Under the pieces are notes generated by a model, which was not told the DNA's origin, did not search any database, and was given only the letters and a program-made list of their open reading frames with translations. Position numbers and translations under genes: made by a program. A stretch of DNA of 64,000 nt from the NCBI RefSeq assembly GCF_009834535.1, contig NC_045707.1:33170001-33234000 (forward strand), written 5' to 3'. Origin of the DNA: Camelus ferus (Eukaryota). Shown here piece after piece: positions 12,136 through 22,940 of the stretch (the first letter of the stretch is position 1; every line of letters begins with the position of its first letter).

Positions 12136-13089
12136 GTAAAAATCAATTGCAGAGTGGTCATAGTGAAGAAATTTTATAAATTTAGTGTTTGGTCTGGGGC
12201 AGGAAGTACCACCAGTCCCTAGAATCTGGAAAATATGGCTGTCACAGTATATAATATTCAGTTATTTAAATAATTTCCCTCCTCTGGGAACCAAAGAATC
12301 AAAGACTAGCACAAAAGAGCTGTAGCATAGAGGTAGCTCGGCTGCTCTGCCAACACTAGAATAACAGCACAGACACACAAATACTAGAGTTTTGACAAGT
12401 TTATTCTCTTTTAAGTATAAAATGAATGAAATTGATGTTTGTAAGTGTCTTTCTCTAAATGTTACTTCTAGGAACTAGCACAAATTGGGAAGTGTACAGC
12501 AACTAATCATTTCCACTTTACTTAATACTGAGCAGGAAAAAAGTGATTAAAGATGAAGACTTCTCAAGGGATGTGTCAGTCCCATTAACTCATCTCTTCT
12601 GTGGCACGTCTCAGTAAGTGTTCAACCGTATAGGAGGAAATATTTAAATTATTTTACATTTTCTAATGTTTTCCAACTCTACCCTTTCCCAAATAGGGTA
12701 GATCTCTTTTTTAGAAAAGTATTTGTGTTTGGTATAAAAGGAGGGTTGGTATTTTAAAAGGAAGGGGGCACATAATTTGGGGGGGAAAAATGAACTAGTT
12801 TTATGACAATGGAACTTCTCAGAACCTTGACTATTCTAATATACATGATGACTCTAAGAAACAAGTATGGCATGAGGCATTTCCCAAACATATTTGCCCA
12901 CTGAGCTCACCCTTCCCACAGCCTCCTGTTGGTCTAATGTCCGTGTAACGTATTATGGGAAATCGCTCCTACGAATAATATCTTATTCTTTACAAATCTA
13001 CATGGAAAAAAAAAAGATCTAGCCTCTCTGTTAATGTTTTTAAACTATTTAAAAATGCAGTGATGAAAAAAATTATAAGAAAATGCACC

Positions 13090-13250
13090 TACATTTATTG
13101 ATTTATTTATTCTACAAATGTTGATTGAGTATCTCCTATCTGCTGGGCACTTTTCCAGGCATCAGTGCTATAGCAGTACAAGCCGGGCAAAGTCCCTGTT
13201 CTCAGGGAGGAAACTTTCTAGTGGGACATAAACAATATGCACGTGCAGGA
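13090..13250 (-). mobile_element. L2 3' end
   Basis: 'tttattctacaaatgttgattgagtatctcctatctgctgggcact' is the antisense L2 terminus. Confidence 0.6.
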
Positions 13251-13289
13251 ATATGTATGTATACGTGAGTGATGGTGTTAGGGTGTTAA

Positions 13290-15120
13290 TATTGTGAGAC
13301 TTTGCTCTTTTTGTTTCAGGATTTACTCTCAGATGGGTATAGTACACCTATAAATTCAATGCGATTATAATCAGCATCCAAAAGGATTTTTTGTGAAACT
13401 TAGCCACCTGGTTAAGAACCCAGAAGAACAAAGAGCCAAGCAGAGTCACAATGACTTTGAAGAGTACGGAATTTTCCCTAAAATATTAAGGAGCTATGAA
13501 ACTATTAGCACAGGGATAGACAAATAAGCAAATGGATCAAAATAAGAAGTCCAGAATCAAAAAGCTACATGGAAACTTGTAGAAATTGTACTGAAGACCA
13601 ACTGTGGGGTGATAGATGGTATGGTCATCACTCTGTAGCATATACAGATGTCAAATTATAATGCTGCATACCCGAAACGTATGTCATAAAAAGTGAATGA
13701 AGACATTTTCACAGGAGAAAAGGAATGGCGATCATTTTTAAAGTAAATTTTTTTTAAGGTCTGGAATGATTCTCTCTTTCAGCTTGTGATTGGGAATTTA
13801 CTGCTGTAGCAGAAAGACTCTTGTTGCTAACTGGCATCTCTGAACATTGCTTTTCACATTGCCTATCACAACTGTAACCAGCCATTTAAAAAGGGCATTA
13901 TACATGCATTTTGCCTACTGTTTCCATGAGAAAGCTGCATTGTTTTGATATGTGTTCTACTTCAAAATTAAAGTATTTACTTACTGCAAAAAAAAAAAAA
14001 AAAAAAAAAAGAACTAAACATGACCAAAACAAAAAACCCACACACTAAAGCCTTTGGGAAAAAAATATAGAATATCCATATGACCTCACTTTGGAAAAAT
14101 ATATCAAGATATAAACTCAAACCATAAAAAAATAAAGATTAATAAGAGTATATTAAAACTTAAAACTTATGTGATCAAATATATCATTAAAATAAAAAGA
14201 TACTACAGACTGGGGGAAGTTATTAGCAATGCATAGAACTGACATAGAACTGATATCCAGAATATATGGACAACTCCCAAACCAATAAGAGAAATTCAAA
14301 CAAACAAAAAGGTGACCAAAACGTCTAAGCAGATTATTCAGAGAAGATAAAATGGGAATGGTCAACAAGTATCTGAAAAGACACTCAGTCTTACCACTAA
14401 TTAGAAAAATGCAATATTAAATCACATAAAGATACCATTTCATGTCCATTATTTTGGAAAAAAAAATTCTGAAGTCTGACAATGCCAAGTGTCAGTGAGG
14501 ATATGAAGCTATGGAAATCGTTACCGTGGTTGAAGAATAACGCCTAACGACCCAGTAATGGTACTCTTAGTATAGACTCTAAAGAAGTCCTAGTGCCCAT
14601 GCAGGTGGACGTATAAAAGGCTGCCCAGAGCAGCGCCACTCATCACTGTGGACGATTGGAAGTGGCCTAAATGCACACTAACAGACATTTAGTAGAGCTG
14701 GCGTATAAATCTCAGATTAGTTCATCCGAAGGTGTATTCCACAATAGTGAAAATTAAAAAATAAACTAGAGCTGCATGTTCCAACACAGATAAATCTCAA
14801 AAGCTTGACTTTCATAGAAAAAAAGCAGGTTTCAAAGAAATATAAAAAATGTGGTAACTCTCATGTAAAGATTAAGATACGTAAAACAAGGCTAAATATT
14901 AAGGAAAACATATATATGAGCTCAAAGTACAAAAGCTGGAAATAACCTGATAGGGAAAAAGGGGATTATGATGTGGAAGAGTACTCAGGGGTCTTCAACT
15001 CTATTTGCACTGTTTCTGTTTTTGTAATTGGGAGATGAGTTCATGGCTGTTGGTTTTATTATTTTCATACTTTTATGCATAGCTGAAATATTTCACAAGA
15101 AAATGTTGTTATGAAAAAGA
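13290..15120 (+). mobile_element. Ancient L1 (L1M/L1ME-like), ORF2 3' region plus 3'UTR, interrupted by younger inserts
   Basis: Typical motifs 'aattcaatgcgattataatc', 'gggatagacaaataagcaaatgga', 'gatatccagaatatat', 'gaaaatgcaatattaaatcacataaagataccatttc' and the terminal 'gctgaaatatttcac'. Confidence 0.75.
13750..14010 (+). pseudogene. Putative retroposed mRNA 3' end (processed-pseudogene fragment, parent unknown)
   Basis: About 240 nt of non-L1 sequence ending in ATTAAA (13967-13972), 15 nt, then A23 (13988-14010), embedded in L1 ORF2 sequence. Confidence 0.5.
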
Positions 15121-15649
15121 GTGAATGGACAATGTTAACATCCTTCAAAATACTGTTAGCCAACACTATATTCTTCTTTGCTATTTCTGTTTATCTCCCG
15201 GAGTATTAATATTTCCTTTTGGGGTTCATCCAATTGACAAAGTAACATTTAGAACCACATTGCTATACCTTGAAAAAAAAGAGAGAGAAATAAACTGGGT
15301 TAAATAATTTTCTCTCTTAAACAGGAGCAAGTCAAAGGAGATTACAATTTGATTTCATTCAGCCTTATATATATAAATACCTATATGTATATATACACAT
15401 ATAGTACATACCTACATATATGTATAAAACTATATGGCTCCAGGCAATTACAGAAATGAAATTCACATCAATCTCTTCCCACAATATCAATGCATTTAAA
15501 GTTCTTACAAGCACGAACCCTTAAAATGTTTAAATTTTCACAAACTAAATTCCATCCTGCAACCCACAACAATCATAAACATGCCCTCTCTTAAATAAGT
15601 TACTCCATAAGAAACTTCTAGGTCCATTGAGCAACCTATTAGGAAGCAG

Positions 15650-15860
15650 CCAGCTACAGAGTGGAAATTGCCAAGGATTTAGAATTCAGAGTACTGAGCT
15701 CAATTCTAGCCCCACCATTCCCTGAGGGGTGATCCCAGGCAAATAGTTTGATCTTGAGTCTGTTTCCTTATCTATAAAATGAGGATAATGATAGTTTCAC
15801 CCTCACTGAATTTTCATGAGGATTAAAGGAGAATATACAGGAAAGTGCTTTATAAATCTT
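15650..15860 (+). mobile_element. MIR SINE
   Basis: 'gtctgtttccttatctataaaatgaggataatgatag...catgaggattaaagg...aagtgcttta'. Confidence 0.65.
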
Positions 15861-17581
15861 AAACTCATTTTGCCAAAAATAGTAACTCATTTCTGTACCG
15901 GTTGAAGGCAGAAGATGCTTACCACCTTAAACTTACCTTAAGGGAATATGTGAAGTGCTCTATTGGAGGAGGCAAGATTAACACCGGAAGCAATAGCATG
16001 TATTTAAAAAAAGAAAAGAAGAAGAAATGCAGGTTGAATGAAGCAGCTGAGACTATCAGGACTGAAGGGGCTTGAGTGAGGGTCAGGGTCTAGGATGATG
16101 AATGACTTTCACTAGGCCTTGAGGCATGGTGTTTACATAAGTGGAGGTGTGGAGAGGGTGTTCTAGGTAAGGAGAAGAGAATGCAGTCTATTTGCAAAAT
16201 AGCAATGATAAGCTTAATTTATCCAACATGGTTACAATCTTTTCACCGTCTTTCCAGTCATGGTTCTTATTAAGTGTGGAAGGCTTTCTTGTTCCTGTAG
16301 GTTAACCTAACTTTAAACTTATGTGAAAAAAGGACTTGGGAAACAGCTAGAACAGTGTGGCAACAATGTTTCACTAGTTATCATCCAGGTGCCCGGATCT
16401 GGCCCTTAGCAGCTATTTTATTAGGTTCACAGCATCTTGTCATAGATTTCTTGTCCACAGCCATTCGATCACCATGAAGGATGATGGTGAGAAATCTCAC
16501 CTTTGCTTAATAAACACCCCAGAATTTAAATTTACGGCTTCTGAATCGAACCCACAAATGAACCAACAAAGGTGATAGGATATTCTCCTTGAACCAGCAT
16601 TGCTCATTAGACCTTGAGACAGATACCTTGACTTAAATTTTTTCTACTTTATTTGTTCTCTGTTGTTTTAAACAATTCTCTGTTTTGATCTACACAAAAG
16701 GCTAGGTTGAAATAACTACTTGTGGTTCCCACTGGGTTCAGTTCAGGAGTAACATGGACCAAGAATCCGCAGTATGAGGTCATGCGGCTAAAAAATGTTG
16801 AGATTTCAGTAATAAAAAAGGGTTATGCTGAGATTCCTGTTTATAGTGAAATGTGCTATCATCAAACCCCTTTCATGAAACAGTGATGTGTTATTTGTTT
16901 CTGTGTAAGCAGTCACTACTTTGCGGCGGATAAGGCAATACTGAAATTTAAGATAACTGATGCTCAGAGAAAATCAATCCTACTGATAGGTTTAGAAACA
17001 AAAAAGCCTCACATTTATATTACTGCCTTCTTTCTGTTATGGGAGGGGAGGTGGGAGGAGCTAGCGTGTATGAAGAAGGGATTGTTTTTCGTGGAGACAA
17101 GCCTAGTATTTCAGGGAAATAAGAAAGTAATAACAGATGTAAAGTCAAGGTGAGAAATGGCACACACTTCTCCCTCCTTCCTGCTTCCCACTTCAAGTTA
17201 CATTCCATCTGGAAGACTTTAGACCTTTCCCCAACATTTTAGTTACTGAAAATTAACCTGGAAATTTTGGTCTGCTTGCCCTCTGCTTAGGGCACTAAGA
17301 ATTCCTGTGATTTACTTATATAGTTAAAACTAACCATAATTCAAGCACCTCACAGTACATTATAGGTCAAAATACATCACCTAATTCAACTTTATACTTT
17401 AAGAATGATGTTGCCTACCTCACCTCACTCTTACCACCCACCCAGCTCGTTTTCCGTCCTTCTGCCTTATCCAGTCCGTCAAAGCCGAGATCAGCCTGCC
17501 CCTGCTTTCCAGACCAACCCGGGAGTTACCTGAACACCCTGCTCAGGTTCTCTTTCATTGGAACTCAGCATGCATGCTCCA

Positions 17582-17790
17582 CCCCCAGGGCCCAGTGGTA
17601 CACTCCGGTCCCCCTCATAACTCCCCCGGGGCCCAGGGGTACACTCCGGTCCACCTCATATCTCCCCCGGGGCCCAGGGGTACACTCCGGTCCCCCTCAT
17701 AACTCCCCCGGGGCCCAGGGGTACACTCCGGTCCCCCTCATAACTCCCCCGGGGCCCAGTGGTACACTCCAGTCCACCACATTACTCCCA
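17582..17790. repeat. GC-rich minisatellite, 41-bp unit x about 5
   Basis: Unit ggggcccaggggtacactccggtccccctcataactccccc. The anchor 'tacactcc' occurs at 17599, 17640, 17681, 17722 and 17763 (exact 41-bp period). Confidence 0.95.
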
Positions 17791-18814
17791 AACTCCCGTT
17801 TGCTGTCAGTTGCTTCTGAGACTTGAGACCATGGCCCCTTCTTGTCCACAGCATCCCCCAGCACCACCATCCCAACCCTATCTTGCACACTCCCCTTCAG
17901 GGCATAGCACTGGGACTCTTCCTTTGACTCCATTCTGAAATGTCCAGCCTTTTGCCCTGCTTACTTCCTCAGACATCCTTGACAACTGGGACTTCCTGAA
18001 GGTCCTCTCAGGAAGACCAGTATTCTTGCCCCAGGGTCTCAACCTCACTATGGGGGTTCTGAACCAGTAGAACAGCTTTTCTGCTAGCCTAGGTGTTTTC
18101 TCAAGACCCTTGGTTACTCTGCTCCCCCCAGCCTTTAGAACCTCATCTTGAACTACATTTTCTTAATCCTCTCCCTTCCCACCTGCCTCACACCTCCCAT
18201 AGGCTAATAGGCTCCATCCAGATTATCACAGAGCCTGGTGTGCCCCTCAGTTTCCACAAATGACCATCCTTCCTAGTGGATGAGTGTGATACCAAGCTCT
18301 GACTCCGTCCTTCTCTCCTCTACCTTGCATTGCAACATGTGTGCCAGTATATACTCATTCAACCTCGACCCAACAGAAGTGGAAAGTGGACCTTGTCCTA
18401 GGTGGCGAAGAGACGACAACTGCAAACCCCAGCTGTCAAGAGGCCTAAAGCCCTCACCTGTCTTTCGATTTAATTTGTAATGTATCTCTTATGAGACCAC
18501 ATCCCATGTGTTATGCAGTAGAATAGCAACCGTCCAACCAAATGGGCATCCAGCCAAGTGCCATTTTAAGAAATGATTTAATTATTCTATAGTTAATAAC
18601 AGTGGAATAACAACAAAGTCCAACAAAACTGCAATTTTAGCCTAGTGTTACCTTAAGAAATATTTTAATTATTCTGTAGTTCTTTTGCCATTAAAAGATG
18701 GAAATATCACATAGGATTGTCTGTATAATGCAACACAGAAACAAGGAGAAAATGTGTGTTCAGAGGCTGGCTGAGAATGGCCATCCTACTCCTTGCAAGT
18801 TCACATATCTGGAT

Positions 18815-20250
18815 CACTGATTCTCAACAGAGGTGGTACCTCCCCCTAGAGGGCATTTTGGAAATCTATGGGGGTATTTTTTGTTTTCACAATGATTGGG
18901 GTATCCTTCTAGAAGCTGATGGAGCAGGCAGGCTAGATGTCCCACAGAGCAGGGGATAGTCTGCTCAATGAAGAAGCTGAGTTTTGTACGGCTTTTAAAT
19001 ATCCCAGCAAACAGTCACATAAGTGAGAAATTTGTTTATAATTATCTGAGCCTGAAACCTAATGCTACTTTATATATATAGAATTTTTGAATAGTTTTAA
19101 TATACATTGACTTTTCAGGAAAGAACAGACCATGTAAATCCAAGGAATGCCATTCTTTGTTTGATTTAGAACGTTAGAGAGTTGTTTGCCATTTTGAGAA
19201 GTCATGTCACCAACTGTCATGCTGTTCGAGGTCTTCGACAGCCCATGCAACAAACCTGCTTCAATCTGCATCCATAGATGTCACCAAAAATTACAGTAAA
19301 AGAGATCTGAGATGTATCTGAGTGAATTTAACATCGGAATATTATATTAGTAGAGACATACAGCACAGAGTTCAGGTTGAGGTCCATTTAAAAAATGCTG
19401 GTTTATCATATACCATATTCAAAAATTGGGGGGCAATAAAATAAGAAATCTATGTTGTGAAAACTATATTTTGAAAGTATTTGCTAATTTGAGGAGCTGT
19501 TTGCTGTTTTCCAGTCTGACTCTGACATGGTCCCCAGAGGTGTACCACACAGCTTCTCTAAAACCCCTTGAATATAGTTCCCTTTTCCGACCTACCCTCT
19601 ATTCCTCATCATCCTTCAAAAATCACAGCCTCCAAGGGCTTCTAAAATTCTAGAGACTGAATGCATGTCTGGCAAGACAGGAGATAGAATTTTCTTTAAT
19701 ATGTTGTTATTATCCTAATCCATGTCATAAATTGGGAATTATTTTGATATTACACTTCTAAAGAGCCCAGCCCATTCGTAAGACTACTGGACTTCATTTT
19801 CTGCCCTTGGACTCTGTATTTCTTCTTGACATTTCCCCTTACTTAAATTAAGATTAGCTTTCTTTTTATTATCATTTGTAAATATAGGTAGCCTGTTATT
19901 ACGTACCCTAACACTAGTTTTTATTCAAGAATCCACTTATACTTTTCCTCAGTTCTTCTATGTAGCTTGTACAGAACAACTTCATAATATCTTCTTAATA
20001 CCATCTTTATTCACTATAAAGAAGTACAAGCATATAAGCATTTTATTATATTTTTAGTGTATTGATGCCCAGCCATTTACATATCGAGGCACGTACGGTT
20101 TTTCTCATTAATCACTTTCTCTTAGCTTTCCTTTATGTAATGCAGGTTGTATTGCAGGTAGATAGGTTGTACTATTTACGAATTTTATTTTTGAATAACA
20201 AGGGGATTATTATAAAAAGGGAGCATTGAATTCTATAAGGTTGTTTCAAC
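18815..20250 (+). mobile_element. MER20B-like hAT-Charlie element in two pieces (about 18815-19290 and 20010-20250)
   Basis: 'tgattctcaacagaggtgg...gggcattttggaaatc', 'accatgtaaatccaagg' and 'gcccagccatttacatatcga...tataaaaagggagcattg' match the recalled MER20B consensus. Confidence 0.7.
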
Positions 20251-20639
20251 TGCTTTAGAGCTAGCAGACTAACAAGTAGTTTTATCCTTTGGAAAGCGCC
20301 TCCTGTGAAGCACGAGTGAAATTCAGAATATTCTGTAGCCAGTCTACTGCAAACACCAACCAATCAAAATGGGCCCCAGCTATGAACAATGAGATTAGCA
20401 GAATCAGTGCCCATCAGCTGAATATCAACCCTCCCTAAAAAATCCCATTTTGTGGTTGTGATCCAGTTCCAACATGGCACTATTACGTCCTGTCTCTCTA
20501 CCTAGGGCAATGGTGCCTGGGTTTTGTTTGATATATTCCTTACGTATCTCGTTTGATCCTTTTTAAAAAATCACTATGAAGAGATATTATCTCTTAACAT
20601 AACACTGTAAACTGACTATTCTTCAATTAAAAAAAAAAG

Positions 20640-20790
20640 AGAGATTATCTCCAGCTTTACAGATGAAGACAATGAGACATTAAGAAATGTGTATAAAGTC
20701 ACAGAGTTAGCAAGTAGCAGAGCTGGGATTGTAACATAGATAACTTGACTCCTAACACCCACACTTCCCCTTCCACCACCACTATTTCAT
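20640..20790 (-). mobile_element. MIR SINE
   Basis: 'ctttacagatgaagacaatgag...aaagtcacagagttagcaagtagcagagctgggatt'. Confidence 0.6.
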
Positions 20791-22447
20791 GTTCAATTTA
20801 TAAAATTACTACACAACGAACATAGCAGAAACGCACAGATGAACACTCAGCAGTACTGTTCACCAAGATAAGAAACAGCAAATGATAAAACAATCGGCTT
20901 AAAAACCGGCTATAACATTTGGACCTTGCTAATGTGAACCACATCACAATCCACCATGCATAAAGAGACAGTTTCTTGCAGTTAACACACATTCATGTGA
21001 TCTTCTTGAGTTTGGTAATTAATAGGAAACAATACTATGGTGGAGGTACTGATTAAACTCATGGTCTGTGAGCTCACTAAAGATTCCCTAATTTTCAACT
21101 CCAGTCCTGAGCACAGTGCCTACTACAAAGCAGGTGTTCAGTAAATGTCTCTTGTTACCGTTGACTGATGACATAGCATTCTGCAGCAAACCATAGGAGA
21201 AAAAGTATACAGTTCTTTCATTTCCTGTCTCCCTTGCCTTGAAATCTCATAGGCTTGTCCTCATAAACTCCTGGCCAGGTCAGAAGGATCAACAGAGTAC
21301 CTCCACATTTACTCACACTCCCAAGAACTGATTTGTTGGGTTTTGAAGTGTACACAGCTGAAGGATTATCTGGGAGGTAACTAACCGTAAGGATGAATTA
21401 CTAGCCGGGTGGCTGAGGGGGTGCAGAAGGCAAGAGAATAATTGTAAATCCAATAAGGAAGAAAAAGAGTATTCTCTCTAATAGGATTCCAAGCTCCATA
21501 AATTCTGTAACTTTTCATATGTAGAGAGCATGACTTCTTTTACCAGTTTATTTAGAAGCTGGTATGCCCTTGGAGAGAAAGGAAGAGAAATTCATAACAT
21601 GGGAGATTTGATAAAGATTGGTGATGAGGAATTTAAATTTGATTCGAGATAAGAATATAAGCTCCCCGAGGGCAAGGACCTGGGTCTTCACTTAACACTG
21701 TCTCCCTGTTATCTAGCCCATGGTCCGGTACTAATTAATATGTGTTGGATGAATTAAGGAGATCACATAAGAGAAAAGTCTGACAAGTAGTGAAAGTATT
21801 TTCACAAAGGTGTCATAGGTAAATATTAGTGTACCAGGAAGGAGAGCGTTCGCACTCAAAAAACAGGCTTGGTAATGAAGCATGTAGATCATCAGTATTA
21901 TCTCTCTACAATTCTTCTCTCCAGAATCACTTTCTTACTGATCGTAAGGACCTTAATGTTCCTATGCCGTTTCATATGTTGAGAATGCGATCATCCCAGA
22001 GGTTTTTTAAAAATAGTTTAAAGGACAAACATTTCGACATAGCCCGCCACCATGACTTCATTTAATTTCTCAGAAGGGGGGAAGAAACCTATTTTGGAAA
22101 GGACAACTTGTTTTAAAAAGAGCAATGAGCCCAAACTGGAAAATTTTAAATCTTGGGTAACTAGAAACGAAGGGTTAAATAAAAATTGTGTCAAAAACAG
22201 AATAACATTAGAAATATAGACTATTTAACTTGTGTTACACAAGCTAGAAACTGCAAGCCAAAAAACAAGTTGAGCAAAAATGTCTTTCCAAAGATGACTG
22301 ATTTAAAAGGGGCAGAGTGTTTCAATTTAACGTGCTGCCTCACGACGCAACTTCTTAGGTAGTCCAGGTTTCCCACGTACATCAACTATAATTCATAAAA
22401 TGTTGATTTTGTGAGTGATTTACAAAGCCAGTTAAAGGAAAGGTGAC

Positions 22448-22940
22448 TGTATTAGTTTCCTATGGTTGTTGTAACAAATTACCACACTCAGTGACCCGAA
22501 GGAAATGTATTCTCTTACGGTTCTGGAGGCCAGAAGTCCAAAATGGTTTTACTGGGTGGAAACCAAGGTGTCAGCAGGGCTGCCCACCCTCTGGAGACTC
22601 CGAGGAAGAATCTGTTTCCCTGCTTTTTCCAGTTTCTAGAATTGCACTCTTTTGCTTTCCTTGGCTCATGACCCCTTCCTCCATCTTCAAAGACAACAGT
22701 GTGGGCTTTTGTGTCAGTGGTCACATGGCCTTTTCCTTCTGTCTCTATGATCAAGTCTCTCCCTTGTAAGTTTACTTGTGATTTCATTTAGAACCCACCA
22801 AGATAATCCAGGGTAACCTTCCCAGCTCAAGAACCTCAACTTAGATCTGCCAAGTCCCTTTTGTCGTACAAGGTACCTCTCACAGTTTCTAGGAATCGGG
22901 ACCCGGGTATTTTGAGAGAGCCACTAGTCAGCCTAGCACA
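22448..22940 (-). mobile_element. MaLR solo LTR (MLT1C/D-like)
   Basis: Full length, from 'tgtattagtttcctatggttgttgtaacaaattaccac' through 'ttctggaggccagaagtcc' to 'tcagcctagcaca'. Confidence 0.9.

Noticed and set aside
17582-17933. 41-bp repeat as a CRISPR array, and ORF 17697..17933
   Set aside because: The units are contiguous with no unique spacers and the DNA is mammalian. The ORF is partly the translated minisatellite.
19065-19271. ORF MQIEAGLLHG... as a coding exon
   Set aside because: It lies within the MER20B-like element.
22443-22787. ORFs of 108 and 90 aa
   Set aside because: They are translations of an MLT1 LTR.
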